Part shown: positions 22,065-35,879 of the stretch, one piece after another
Numbering within the stretch: the stretch's first letter is position 1
Layout: each line of letters begins with the position of its first letter
The notes under the pieces: generated by a model
Told to the model about the DNA's origin: nothing
Seen by the model: the letters and a program-made list of their open reading frames with translations, nothing else
Database searches by the model: none
Origin: Sarcophilus harrisii
Taxonomy: Eukaryota
Direction of reading: 5' to 3'
Assembly: GCA_048593225.1 (NCBI GenBank)
Contig: CM109174.1
Span: forward strand, 125,619,754-125,683,753
Length of the DNA stretch: 64,000 nucleotides
Program-made: the position numbers and the translations under genes

Positions 22065-22445
22065 GGAATCCAATGATCCCCGCAAGTTTTTGAAGTCCTA
22101 CAACAGTCTTTTTATGTGTTAGGGAATCCAATGATTACAGCAGATTTTGAAGTCCTGCAACAGTCTTATCCTGTCTCAGAGAATCCAATGATTCCTGAGG
22201 GTTTTAAGGTCCTACAACATTCTTATCATGTCTCAGAGAATCCAATGATTCCTGAGGGTTTTTTGGTCCTACAACATTCTTATCATGTCTCAGAGAATTC
22301 ATTGATTCCTGAGGGTTTTGAAGTGCTATAACAAACTTATCGGGTCTCAGAGAATCCAATGATTCTTGAGGGTTTTGAGGTCTTACAACAATCTTATCAC
22401 GTCTCAGAGAATCCAATGATTCCTGAGGGTTTTCAAGTCCAACAA
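22065..22445. repeat. Mini-satellite with about 6.5 copies of a 57-60 bp unit (gaatccaatgattcctgagggttttnaggtcctacaacantcttatcatgtctcagag).
   Basis: Direct. It creates repetitive spurious ORFs on both strands (22116..22331 +, 22204..22473 -). Confidence 0.9.
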
Positions 22446-25400
22446 TTTTTGATGTCCATGAGTCAAACGCCATAATTGCCAGGCTCTTTCAGTGGTGGAC
22501 ACAGTCAGAAACAGAACCATCCAATGTTTCTTGGGTCTTCTCCTTTGTTTCAAGGGTCTGCTCTGTCTCTTTCTGATGGACAAGGTGAATATGACTCATT
22601 GGCACCCATCCAATTCCTTCTCCATCTGTGGAGATACAAGCAAACCCTCTCCCCCAAGCAGTTAACCTATCTGGTCCCTTCCATTCACTACTTTCCGGAT
22701 CTCTCCACATCACCTGGAGATTATCTAAAAATAGTGGAGCTGCTCGCACTGGACACTGCCCTTCCAGTGGGTTATAAAACCTGTCTGCCGGAGCCAGTGC
22801 ATCTTTGTCAAAAATCAAGAAGTTAATAGTATAAAGAGCTAGATTTAGAAGTTATCTAGGGTTACCTGTGGCTCCCCCTTTCTTTTGTTTTTGGAGGAGT
22901 GTCTTAATGTCTCTGTTTCTCCTCTTTACTATTGCCTGTCCTTGAGGATTAAAGAGTATGCCAGTGGTGTCTAAAATCTTATACTGTGCACAAAAGTATG
23001 CAAAATGTTTAGAAGTATTTGCTGGGCCATTGTCTCTTTTTATTGCTTGTGGCACAGCCATAATCGCAAATGCTTGCATAAGGAATTCAGTGATCACTCG
23101 GGCTGTCTCTTTTGTTGCTGGTATTGCAAAAGTGAATCCTGAAAAAGTGTCTACACCACAACATGGATAAAAGACAAATGACCAAAAAATTTATAATGGG
23201 TCACATCCATTTACCAGATTTTACTGGGTCTCAAATCACGAGGGTTCTTCCCTGGAGACAGTGTAGGAGCATGGAAAGGAAAGCAAGCTGTATAGGCTTT
23301 TACTATGCTCCTAGCTTCCTCTCTTGTTATTCCAAATTGTAAATGTAAAGCTCGAGCAGCCTGATGATATTTAGAATGAGATTCTTGGGCTTCCTGAAAT
23401 AAAAGAGTGTTGGCCAACATGGTTAAAAGGCTATCTGCCTTTGAATTACCATCAAAAATAGGACCTGGAAGTCCACTATGAGAGTAGACATGCAAGATAT
23501 AAATCTTACCTGGATGCTTTCTCACTTGCTCTTGAAGTTCCTTAAAGAGCTGATATATATTAGAAGCTACAAATTTTATTTGGCCTGTGGCAATTCTTTG
23601 TACCACACTTACTGAATAGGCTGAATCAGATATTATATTTATATCTCCTGGATAATAAGTAAGAGCTAGAATGATTGTATACAATTCATTCTGCTGAGTG
23701 GACTGAAAAGGAGTCTCTCTTTATAGTTAAGTCAGAAGAGTATACAGGACAAATATGTTTGGATGCACCTGTAGAGGTAGTTGGTCCTTTAAGAGGAACT
23801 TTAGAAACCTTTTCTTCAAGAATCCATCGCCAGTTACGTAATAGTTTGGTTATCTTTAACAGAGATCCGTGTGTAAAATTTGGAGCTATGGCTAATAAAA
23901 TTTGCCACTTTAGGGTGGTTTCACAGCATACATTAATTTGTGCATTAGTATAAAAGGTGTATATCTTATCAGGTTTTATCCCAGATAATTGTACTGCTTG
24001 CTTAATGGCCTTAATAAAATTCTAGCCACAAGCACTGGGTAAGGAGTAAGGCTTTGTTCTGGTTGTGCTGGGAGGTTGACCCACTCTATCACACTGTCTC
24101 CTTGATGAAGGACTGCTGTGGATGCTCTTGTGTAGCAAAAACTGATATTTCCAAGGGTTTTTGAGTGAATCTTTCAACCACATTGGATAAAACCAGTTCA
24201 ACTTCTCTCAAAGCCTCTTGAGCTTTTTTTGTAAGCTGGTGTGGTGAGTTTAAAGCACTGTCTCTCCTTAAAATGTCATATAATGGTTGTAACTGATAGG
24301 TAGTCAAGCCCAACACTGGATGCATCCATTGGATATCTCCTATCAATTTCTGAAAGTCATTTAAGGTGTTTAGCTTCTCTGTTCTTAAGGAAAGTTTTTG
24401 TACTGTAAGCACCTTAGGATATACTTCATATCCTAAATATTGAAAAGAAGCATGTCTTTGAATTTTTTCTGGAGCTATGTGTAATTTGTAGTTCCTTAGT
24501 GTTTCTATGGTCTTTTATAGACATGCTTCTAACATTTGTTCCTCAGGTGCACATCCCAATATATCATCCATGTAATGTTATAACATAATTTTTGGAAATG
24601 CTTTTCTTACTGGAGTAACAGCAGCAGCAACATACATTTGACACATAGTAGGGCTGTTTTTCATTCCCTGTGGCAAAACTGTCCATTCATATCTTTTATA
24701 AGGTTCAGCTAAGTTAACGCTGGGCACTGAAAAGGCAAATCTTTTCATATCCTTCTTATCTACAGGGATAGAATAGAAATAATCCTTAATGTCTATAACC
24801 CAAAGAGGCCATTCTCTAAGCAATTGAGTAGGAGATGGAAGCCCAGGCTGAAGAGTTCCCATAGTTTCCATGTATTCATTTACCTTTCTTAAAATCAGTC
24901 AATATCCTCCATTTTCCAGATTTCTTTCTTACAACAAATACTGGGGAATTCCAAGGACTTAGAGAAGGTTGTAAGTGTCCTTGTCAAGTTGCTCCTGTTC
25001 TATATCTAATAAGGCCTGAATTTTATCACTAACAAAAGGCCACTGTTCTATCCACACTGGTGTATCAGTTTTCTATTGGATAGGAACAGGTGAAAGTGTT
25101 AGCAGGCCTTCAACAGCAGCCCTGCGTAAAAAAACGAAGTATTCATTTTTAATCCTAATTGTAAAATGTCTCTTCCCCACAGATTGATGGGGATTTTTTC
25201 AACTATAAAAGGAGTTAAAATTCCTGTTTCACCTTCAAATATCCATCTCAAAGGGGTAGCACTAACTTCTGCTATTGATCCCCCTACACCAGACACATAG
25301 GTGTCTGCCTTAATCTTTGGCCAGTTGGCACTGGGCCAGTTGGCACCTCTAATGACTGTACGATCTGCACCAGTGTCTACCAATTCTTCTAATAATATGC

Positions 25401-27856
25401 CATTTATATAGATAGTGAGCATAGGTCGGTCAGCTGTCACAGCTGCTGTCCAGTATATTCCTGGATTTTGTTGCTTGGTGTCAGAATCTGGGAAACTATC
25501 ACCAGATTGCTTATTAGGAGTCTGTATCAGTAAACCTGATGCTACTACTTCTCCTGGTTCACAAGTCATACACTGTCTACCTGTATTAGTGACTGGGATA
25601 TTTATTTACACATTCCCCAGTTTCCCACATCACTGTATTAATGGACACTGTTTTGTAAGTACACTCAGGAGGTGAAATGGTCAAGCCTAATGTGCCTGGA
25701 GGCAAGGGATCCATAGACTGGAGCGTAACAGATTTTACCTCTCCAGGGGGTATCTCAGTTGTCCCAGCTGCATACAACTCTGTTCTCCCCAATTGTAATC
25801 CCTTTCTCCCATCAGGTTGCTTCCTGGCTGATTGGTCATGTTTGGGTACTGAATTTCTAGGTACTCTCTGGGTGTAGCATCTGCGACCATCATGCCCCAA
25901 GTGTTTTTTGCCTGGGGCCCTGGAGCTGGGGCCCTCATCCCATTTCCCCGAATCAGTCTACATTCTGAGGCCCAATGGAAGCCTCTGTTGCATTTTGGAC
26001 ATGGGGTATTGGGTCTTGTTCTCCCACCCTGTTTTCTCACTCTGTCTCTATGCCAACATTGAGCTTTCAGATGCCCTACTTTACCACACTGAAAGCATTG
26101 ATGAGTGTCTCTGGAAATCCCTTGCCAAAAGGGACCCTGTCTTCCCATGTTGGGATCTTGGGAAGTCTGGATCATAACCTGGCTATAAAAGGTATTTGTG
26201 CCCACTGTGGCAAGGAGCATCCTTGCATAGTCCTAGTATAATTCTTCTACAAACCTCATTAGCATTTTCTTTAGCAAGTTGCCTTATCATAATGTCTGTT
26301 ACTGCATTTTCACCATTAGTTCATATGACAACTGACTGCAAATGTCCCACAAAATCAGCAAAGGGTTCATTTGGCTCTTGTGCTGTTTTTGTGAAGGCCT
26401 CACTCTTGTCGTTTTTATTATGGAGAGAAGCCCACGCTTTGATAGCAGCAGCAGCAATTTGCTCATATGTTGCTATAGAGTAATTAATATGTACTGTGAT
26501 GTCTGCATAAGAGCCTACACCTGTTAGTTGGTCACAGGTGATTGGAGGATTAACTCCACTTTGACTATTTTGTTTGGCTTGTATCCTACAGAGCTCACTA
26601 TATTCAGAAAGCCACAACAAGTTTTGTCCAGGTTCTAAACATGTCCTTGCTATAGATTTCTAGTCCCTAGGGGTTAAGACTTCATAAGCTAAATTCTGTA
26701 ATAACATCTTAACATAAGCTGATGTAGTCCCATAAAGAGTGCAAGCCTTTTTCAGATCTTTGAGGATTTCTATATCAAAAGGAAGATATCTTCCACTTTC
26801 TTGACCTGAAGAGTTAAACTGTTGAATCACAGGATACATACCTATTTTCAGATCACCTAAATTCTGGCCTTCTTTCCTGGCTTTAACTACTGCCTTTTGC
26901 AATCTAGTCATAGCAGGGGGTGATTTTGGGGGGAGGAGGTGCTGGTGGTGTCACAACCCCTCCCACTACTCCTGCTCCCTCCATCCAGAAAGGTAAAGTT
27001 GATGGGGGCGTGTCAAGAAACAGTTCCAGTTTAGGCGGGGTTGAATCACCACGCCCTTCACCACACCCTTCATCCTCACTTAACTCCCCATGTCCTCCAG
27101 TGATATCGTTTTTTAATCCCTCCTTTGTCCTCCTCTTTTTCCTCACACTTCCTCATCTGGCTGTTCTTAGAATTTTTCTTTTTTCTATAACTTGCAGGTT
27201 TCTTTAAGGTCAATTATGTTGTATGTACAGGCCAATTATGTTGTATGTATAGAATGTTCCCTTGGAAATTGAACAAGAACCTTTATTATTGTAGAACATA
27301 ATTGTTCTCCTACCAGCTTCCAATTATCTAGCCCTATCTCTTCTTCCTTTAAGAACCAAGGGGACATGTGTTCTAATGTATCCAAAAGTCTAGTGATCTG
27401 CAACCAAGTTACAATTAAGCCTTGTCCCTTGATCAACTTAAGCATGCTTTCTATAGCGACCCCTTGGGGCATGGGGCTGGGGCTGGGGGTTGGGGAGAAT
27501 CTTTTCCCAATATCCGCCCTATTTCAGCCCTTAACAAAATAATTTGTCTATTAAAATACTCACCCTATTTCCTGGTCATCAGAGACTTCCTCAGTGAAAT
27601 TAGGGTCCTTGGTCCACATGTTGGGCACCAAATGTGATGACTGTGTTAGTGCCTTGGATGCTTTAGAATTAGCCTGAGTCAGGATAAGCAAAAGTTCTTA
27701 GTCTTTATTCTTGGTCTTTAGAGGTAGGATTGAATTGGAAGGAAGCAGAATCTCCACGACCACCTTCTCCCTTGTCTACTGCCAAAGTGACTGGCTAGTC
27801 TTACTCCACCCCCCAGTCTTTCCTACAATTCTCCTTATACACCAGTCATTGAGTCA

Positions 27857-27984
27857 GCACAGGATAGTGGGAAGAGCCATTTTACAAGCTTATGCTAATA
27901 GAGTATTGTCCAATCGGTACTTAGCCTTAAGTGCTTGGCTGTCCTGACCTCAGTACATCAACTCAAGAGTTTCAAACCCATTAC
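27857..27984. repeat. ERV terminal direct repeat, right copy (5' LTR-like segment).
   Basis: Near-identical to 21425-21560. Flanking sequence is unrelated on both sides, so the full LTR extent is uncertain. Confidence 0.7.
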
Positions 27985-28074
27985 AGGGAGGGACTAAAAA
28001 GGGAGGGCTGTGAGAAGCAAGTGGTGCTCACAAGTTTAATACTGGGAAGGAGGGTATGGGGGAAGGAAAGGAGA

Positions 28075-28560
28075 AAAGCATAATCTGGGGATATTATGAT
28101 GGCAGGAAATACAGAATTAGTAATTTTAACCATAAATGTGAATGGGGTAACCTCCCCCATAAAGAGGAAGAGGTTAGCAGACTAGATTAAAAGCCAGAAT
28201 CCTACAATATGTTGTTTACAGGAAACACACTTGAAGCAGGGAGATGCATAGTGTAAAGATAAAAGGTTGGAGCAGAATCTACTATGCTTCAGGTGAAGTA
28301 AGAAAAGCAGGGATAGCCATCCTGATCTCAGATCAAGCAAATGCAAAAATTGATCTAATTAAAAGAGATAAGGAAGGGCATTATGTCTTGCTAAAGGGTA
28401 GCATAGATAATGAAGCAAGATCAATATTAAACATATATGTACCAAATGGTGTAGCATCTAAATTTTCAAAAGAGAAATTAAGAGAGCTGCAAGAAGAGAT
28501 AGACAGCAAAACTATAATATGGGAGATCTCAACTTTGCCCTCTTAGAATTAGATAAATCA
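28075..28560 (+). mobile_element. L1 ORF2 N-terminal (endonuclease domain) fragment.
   Basis: ORF 28244..28546 reads ...KIKGWSRIYYASGEVRKAGIAILISDQANAKIDLIKRDKEGHYVLLKGSIDNEARSILNIYVPNG..., which is L1 EN-like. Confidence 0.8.
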
Positions 28561-29379
28561 AACCACAAAATAAATAAGAAAGAAATCAGAGAGAATTCTT
28601 GGAAATTTTACATATAAAAGAGGGGTGTTGAGCTCTTGGCCTTTCTCACTATGGCCCTTCCCATTGAATTTAGTGTTGGGGGAACCTAACTCCAGAGAGA
28701 CATCAGACTTTTTGTATCAATCTCCTGAAGCATCTGGAAAATCTCTTAGATTTGACCCATGTCTGGGATGTCCCCTAAAAGTGTTTAACAGAATAATTTT
28801 TTAAAGTAGTAGATATCAGATATGGAACATTCATTTATTTCTTCTACCATGAAGTGATAGCTAAAATGTAGAAAACATAAGCACACATTGATAAATATTT
28901 ACTAGGACATGAAACAGTAACAAAGGACTCAAGTCCATAAATTGATACATGAACACATACTACAAACATAGAAACCATTAAAATGCAGACATACCTTCCT
29001 ATTCATTTCTAGTATTCTTTTCTGTGAATATATAGATTCCTATGAGACTAATGGGACTGCTGAATAGACTCCATTTTTTCTTCACCTTTGCACAGTCCAA
29101 GCCACAACTCAAGATTTCTAATTTTTTGTCAATTTGATCTGCAAAACTGTTACCTTCTATAATAGTTATCTCCTCTGAGAAGGGGAACAGAATTATAGGA
29201 AGTAATATTAGGCATCTAACACCTAGGCCTCTCAATGATTTCAGACCTATCTAGCTTACAAGATAGCCACCAAAACTAGGAATCTCAGGACCCATGTACC
29301 TAGAGTCAAGGAAAGAAATACAGAATAGAAACAAGGATTTGAAATCCAATCTAAAACACACCTAGAATACTCACCTGTT

Positions 29380-29407
29380 TTACTGCTCTCTCGCTCTCTC
29401 TCTCCTG

Positions 29408-29452
<45 letters not shown>
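29380..29452. repeat. (CT)n microsatellite of about 70 bp.
   Basis: Direct. Confidence 0.95.
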
Positions 29453-29455
<3 letters not shown>

Positions 29456-32400
29456 CTTCAAATATGAAATCCCCTCCCAAATATAAAGCCACACTTTTGA
29501 AAGACAATAAAAGAGAATGAATTTGACATTGTTTCTCCTTTCAAGACAATTGAATTGACAGCTTTTTTCTTTTTTATTATCTATTTATACCTCCTACTGT
29601 TCCCTCATTGAAACAATAATACTCCCCCAACACCCAATAACTAAACTCTCAAAACAAATAGGCACAGTTCATCATTTGACATTGACATTTAAAAAAAATG
29701 CATGTCTCATTCTAGATTTTTAGAAGCTGTCACCTCTCTAGTAGAAAGTGGACAACATGATTCATCTTCATTATCTGGATTCCTGGTTTAATTACATTAG
29801 TAAAGATTCTAAAGTCTTTTTAAATTGTTTTCCCCCCTACAATATTGTTACCATATAAATTCACCTCTTACTTCTCTTCATTTTACTCTATTATCAGTTC
29901 ACAGAAATTTTCCTTCTTTTCCTCGAAACTCTTCATTTTTATGGCATTTCATTTATAAACCTAATTTGTTTATTTTCTAATAGGTGAGCATCCCCTTAGT
30001 TTCTATGGCTTTGCACATGCCATATCACCAAGATAGAGGCACCCATGTAGGATATGGCAAGGATCTGCTGTAGGAATAGACATGTTGAATTCCCTACCAT
30101 GTAGGTGGGAGCAGTCCCTTTCCATTCCATAGAAATAGGTGATATCTTTAAAACTAACAAACTGGGAAAATAAGTAGATCCCATTAATTGGAGAGTGGCT
30201 AAATAAATAGTGGTATCTGAATGTAATGGAATGTTACTGTGCTGTAAAATATGTGTGATGAATATAGAGAAGCAAGGAAAAAACTTGCATGAACTTATAC
30301 AATATGAAGCAAGAAAGCCAAGAAAACAATTTGCATAGTGACTAGAACAATGTAAATGGCAAGAACTATACATCAAAAAAATCAAAAATAAATATAATAA
30401 AATTATAGAGATCATTCAGGAAATCAAATGAAGAGATATGAGAGGACATTTCCAACCTGCTTCTTCATGGAGGCAGGAGGTCTACAGCTGTTATACATTG
30501 CACATCTTTTCAACTTATCAATCTTTTTTTTTAACTGTTGAATTGACTATGGAGGAGAAAATGCATCAACTCACAAATTGAATCAAAAAGAAACTTGAAA
30601 TTGTTCTTTTAACTAAATGTCTAGATGACTCTCATTCTGAGGACGTCTGAGGAGATCTAGATTTCAAAAGATCCAGGTTAAAATCTAAGAAGGTGTAACT
30701 GTTGTAGTTATGATGTTGAAGGTTCTTGTAGGCAGAATTATCAAATACTTAAGCACTTTCAGTGTTTTCTGGTGGTTTTTTTGATTTAGCCTTCTTTTGT
30801 TTTTCCTTTTCACTGTTTCCCAATTTAATAGAGAGAAAAACTATTGAAGCAAATTCTCAAAACCCTCATATTTTTAGTTTTGTGGTCTTCAATGCCGCCC
30901 CCAGGCTCAGTCCCAGGACAGAGGAAAAGGCCATGGCAGTAAAGTTGGGGAGATTCTAAGTGAGGTTAACCCAGCCAAAGGATGTTTGGCTGGACTCCCC
31001 CAGAGTTAGATCAAGTTCACTTCTCCTTGCCTAGCATAACTGGCCATTCTGTATTAATCATTTATGTTGATTTTCCCCTTCCCTTTATTAAATATATATG
31101 TATATGTGTATATATACAGATATATGTATATAATATATCTGATCCAGTCATATGAGATTATGGAGAAGGATGGGAAAGGGATACATGGCATAACTGTAGT
31201 GAAATAAGAAACAAAAAATATCCCTAAAAACTTCAATTTTGCACTCTCTTTCCACTGGCATCCAGAGGATGAAGATCTTAATCACCCACAGCATGGGCAA
31301 CATGCACTAAATTGAGTGTGTGTGTGTGTGGGGGGGGAACCATACATCTTTACTCCACTTTAAGTCTTGTAGCCCCAAGAATCAGGTTTAAAGTTTTGAT
31401 CTGTCATGTTTTCATATTTTAAGTTTTTTCAGTTTTAAGTTCAGATGGTGATGACCATGTTCACAAGTATTTGATTCATGGCAACCTTGGAGTCAGGATT
31501 TCAAATAATATATTGCTCCCTGCCCAACCCAGAAATCAGTACTGGTAAGTAAGGCCAGAGGAACTTTGAACTTGAAATTTGGTGGAACTGTGCTCTATAG
31601 GAAATGAGTTAAACTGTCAGCCTAATCTCTCTCCTTCCCAGTGACTGAAATAGTGTAAGGGAGATTATATCCCCTAGTTATTAGAGTGGTGGTTGTATGT
31701 TTTTTCGTCATATTTTTGAAATAAAACCAGGCTTGGTCACTTATCATTTTACTTTGATCTAGATAAATGGTTTTATATTACTACTGTGGTAATGCTTCAA
31801 AGATTTACATAATTTCTTATGTATAGATGTTCTCTAATGAGGCAGATCACAACTCCTAAGTAGACCATATTCATAGTTGTTGTGACCAAAAAAAAAAAAG
31901 GACCACCCTCTGGTGAAAATCCTCTTTGAAATTAGCTAGGTTGAATCATAGACAATAGACACACAGTCTGTCAGTCACTGAACTCATTCTTGAAAGCTTT
32001 CTAGCCTGGCTGGACTGGCCAGAGTTTGTACACTACTGGTGTAACCAACAGTCTCACCAAAAGAATTCCACTTTATGGTCCAATTAAATCAGAGTCAGTC
32101 ATTGTAGCAATTTGAATGAGACCAATTTCTGTTTGTCCTAGGAATTTAAAAAAATGAACTTAGTTTCTCCTAATCAATGCAAGTCCTACACTTGGTAGAT
32201 GCAGTTGGTCTATGCAAATGAGTGATTTTCTAGTCTATTCATGGTCACATTAGGGAGAGCAAAAGGAGAAATCCCATCAATGAGCTAAAGTGTGTATATA
32301 TGAGATTTATTAAAAGATATTAGGTATAGATGATCAATGTTTCAGGAAGATAAAAATAGAGGTAAGAGGGGTTCTTTGGTCCCCAGCTTTATATCATGAA

Positions 32401-33689
32401 TAAGATGACTTCCCAGTTTTCCACTTTTGTACAAGAAATGTTTAATCTCTGATTTGTTTATCTTTCATCTCTGCTTCTTTGTCTACATTTTGGGATCTTT
32501 GAGTATTGGTGGAGAAGGCAAAGGAAGAAGAAAAGGAGTAGAGAAAGAATATGACTCACTATGAGTCAGACTTGAGTCCATTCTCCTCACAGAGTTTGAA
32601 AGCTGTTCTTCATGGCTTTGGTTGGACTTCTCAGGAACTTTTCCTCTACAAGTAATCATGAGCTCCTACAAAGAACAAATGAACCAAATTTTGTTGATGA
32701 CCTGAGTTTCTGATTTAATTCTTAATTCATTTGGATTTCTAGATGCTAAAGCATAGGTACAACGAACAGCTTCACATTAGCTCAGGGCCTTTTGTTCAGG
32801 ATTTCATATATTCAGATGTCTTTCATCTATGAAAGCAAGCATTTACTTTGGCCTAGAATAATCCTCAATATAAAAAAGGTCACCATGGTTAGATACAGAT
32901 TGCAAGTGGAATTACAATAAGAATAGTTTTCACTACTATATTTGAAGGCTAAAGAAGCCGCTTTGTTATTGGGTAGAAAGTAGGACAAAGGTTTGTGGCT
33001 CTACCAGCCCTTAGTGTTGCTCCCTGAGGTGATTCACAAAGATAATTGGCAGGACTGGAATAGAAAGGAGTTGAAAAATATTTTCACACTCTAAGTCAAA
33101 TAATGAATTGATTTCATAAAAGGGAAGGCAAGAGTGTATTAGAGCTACTTTGAAGCCACTCCTGGGTTTGTTAAATCTCAGGTTTTAGCTTTTAGAACTC
33201 AAAGTTTTGTTGATTGTTTAAGACTTAAGAAAATGAAGGAGAAAAATGTTAATAATGCAGATTTAAATTTAAAAGTGTATCTTGAACACATTTTCCTCCT
33301 CTATTCCCTGCCATCTGTTTGTTATATTAAACATTTACTTTCATATCCCTGAGCAAAAGTATTCAAAAGATAGATTTAATCAGAAACTAAGATTTTCTGC
33401 TGGTTAGTGGTGGCTTTGGGGTTTAAATATCAAAATTACAAAATAACCTCTGAGGCCACATGCTAAAAGAGCTGCCAGATCATTCCTTATCTCCACCTCT
33501 ACTCCTCACTTTAAAGAATAGCAAAAGACAGAATAAACACAATTTATTGGGCTAAACATTAGGTGTGGACAGCTGAGAACCAGTAGACAGCAGTGACAAA
33601 TATCATAACAATCTACCATAACAATCTATAACTTATTGACTATTGTACCAGCAGATGAGTGGAAGTAATTCAGCAGTATATCAAAGGAA

Positions 33690-33905
33690 TCTGAGTTATC
33701 CTAGCTACATGTAACTAGTATTTACATACTTCTGTAAGGTTTACAGAGCACTTTATGTTATCTCATTTGAGGTAGATTCTATTATTATCTCCATTTTAAA
33801 GACAAAGAAACTGAGGTAGAGAGATGTCATGTAATTTGTACAAAGTCACAGAGCAGAAAGTATCTGAGCCAGGCTTTGAATTCAGATGTTCCTGACTCCA
33901 AGTTT
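33690..33905 (+). mobile_element. MIR/THER-like SINE.
   Basis: ...aaagacaaagaaactgaggtagagagatgtcatgtaatttgtacaaagtcacagagcagaaagtatctgagccaggctttgaattcagatgttcctgactccaag. Confidence 0.6.
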
Positions 33906-34514
33906 TCTTTGCCATCTAACTGGCACCTGATTGACACCAAAGACAATACATTACTGGGGGCTCATGAATTATGGTTTTAAATGGAGGCTGACAGAAAATA
34001 TGCCTTGAAACCAGAGTAGCTGTCTAGGGGCATATGGGCATTAGGCGAGTCCATAGACAAATCTAATAGTTTGGATTTTAAAACATTGCCAATATTTTAT
34101 TTCACTTGAGCCTCAAAAATAGCTCTGTAAGGTAAATAATGAAAATGTTACTATTACTATTAAGGAAATAAGGTGTTTAAAGCACCATTGCTAGTAAGTG
34201 GTAGAGCTGGGATTGGAATTTAGAACTTCTGACTTCAGAGCTAATCTTCTTTTCTCTATGCCATTTTCCTCAGGTTGCATTGTTGCATTCTGAGTTGAAT
34301 CTCCCTTTACTCCCAACTCTCCTAGACATAGGGACCCTAGAAGTATAATTCATTTCTCATTCAGACCCAAGCCCTGATTCATCTATAAGGGAATTACATG
34401 AATGAAAGCATCCCTGCTAATTCTTCAGGTATTCCCAAGACTTTTGACCAGATTTGAGGAAAGTGGTCTTCTAATTCTTTTCACACTGAGGTTGAAATAA
34501 TAGAACAAAAAGTT

Positions 34515-34600
34515 TCTTCACACATATGTATATGTATATACACACATGCACACACACACACATATAGATATACACACATATATGTATATAAAGCTTTTTG
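34515..34600. repeat. (CA)n/(TA)n compound microsatellite.
   Basis: Direct. Confidence 0.85.
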
Positions 34601-35330
34601 ATAGTGATTGCCTTATTTGTTATTTATAGGAACTCTGTGAAGTTATTTCAAAGGAAAAAACTGAAGTTCATTGGACATTAAGTCATAAAGTTGAGCGATA
34701 GAATCCTAGTTCTCATCACTCCAAGTGCAGTGTTCTATTTACTACATCAGGAGGATACAAGAGGAGCTTGGTTCTCAGAAGACTGATTAATGAAGTTTTA
34801 CTGTACGGTTCTTATCACCATCACCATAGCTACAAGCTAGCACTAGAGAAAGTAGAATGGCCTGCATCTCTTTTCTATAAAGTGGAATTTTGACCTCATT
34901 CATAAAGTAGAAAATGTGGCAGGCAGCCTGACAAATGTTATCCTATGAAGCTCTTGGCTTCTATACCAAAATTTGACTCATTCAAGCAGGAATAGTTATA
35001 GCATTTAAAAATTCTTGGCATTATATACTGTGAAGTTAGCTTTCAGTGATATGACAATGATGTTTGCTTATTAAGTTGCAGAATGATGAAAGAATGTTTC
35101 TTCCTGCCCATTTTCTTTTTCCCTTCTTTCATTATATTGTTCCTTGCCTTGCTCTCTGCCTGTCTCCCCATCAAAACACTACTTATTCCTCAAGATGTCT
35201 ATATCGATACACACATATATACATATAGGTATATGATATGTATACATAGATATATGTATATAAAAACACATTGATTCTGGCTGGGGCAAAGTTAAGAATA
35301 GTTTTGGGGAGAAGATGATATTTCTCTTGT

Positions 35331-35336
<6 letters not shown>

Positions 35337-35370
<34 letters not shown>
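35337..35370. repeat. (AT)n microsatellite.
   Basis: Direct. Confidence 0.9.
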
Positions 35371-35374
<4 letters not shown>

Positions 35375-35569
35375 CTCATATAAAGCAGATACACTAGTTT
35401 ACATTTATTTATATTTCATTTAAGGTTTTGCAAAACTACTTGATTGGGGGAGGTAGTGCCTGAGCTAAGCTTCAAAGAGAGCTATAGGTTTTGCTATTGC
35501 ATTTTACTTTGAAGCTCTTTAGAGCTTCTATAACTATAGAATTTTTGTCATAGGAATATAGATTTAGAA

Positions 35570-35715
35570 ATGGAAGGGATCTTTGAGGTCATCTAGCTCA
35601 ATTCTCTTTATTTTACAGATACGGAAACTGAGGCTCAGAATGGATAGACAATTTTCACAACACTATACAGGTATTTAGTAGCAGACTAAGGATTTGTTCT
35701 CAGATCCTCTAACTC
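35570..35715 (+). mobile_element. MIR-like SINE.
   Basis: ttttacagatacggaaactgaggctcagaatggatagacaattttcacaacactatacag... Confidence 0.55.
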
Positions 35716-35879
35716 CAAATTAAGCATACTGGCTTGAGCATCATGCTATCTTCTTTCTCTCTGGTTACACATGTAAAATTGCTGATACCTTTTTTTCTAG
35801 TACTTATAACACTGGGCCTTCTACTATAATTAAGGTATGTGTCTTAAACCTTATATCCTTTAGAAATAATTCATAACTT

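Larger units (their letters stand above)
21425..27985 (-). mobile_element. Degraded endogenous retrovirus (gag-pro-pol; no recognisable env), in minus orientation. Reading right to left it carries: gag MA/CA at 27470-26320; nucleocapsid with two CCHC knuckles at 26220-25735; protease (DTGAD) at 25569-25100; RT at about 24870-24090; RNase H at 23684-23211; integrase at 23097-22489; then mini-satellites and the 3' terminal repeat.
   Basis: Track ORFs with diagnostic motifs: CFQCGKVGHLKAQC / CPKCNRGFHWASEC (nucleocapsid), LVDTGADRTVI (protease), [21 protein letters not shown] (RT), RNase H, and integrase segments. Frames are broken by stops and frameshifts. The ~130 bp direct repeats at the ends are about 90% identical. 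Confidence 0.8.

Noticed and set aside
22476-27207. Plus-strand ORFs inside the ERV (for example, 22476..22826, 25415..25675, 26920..27207).
   Set aside because: They are antisense to retroviral pol and gag remnants and have no recognisable domains.
27857-28560. Whether the L1 endonuclease fragment at 28075-28560 belongs to the ERV.
   Set aside because: It has opposite orientation and unrelated sequence. It is more likely an independent L1 remnant adjacent to, or disrupted by, the ERV insertion.
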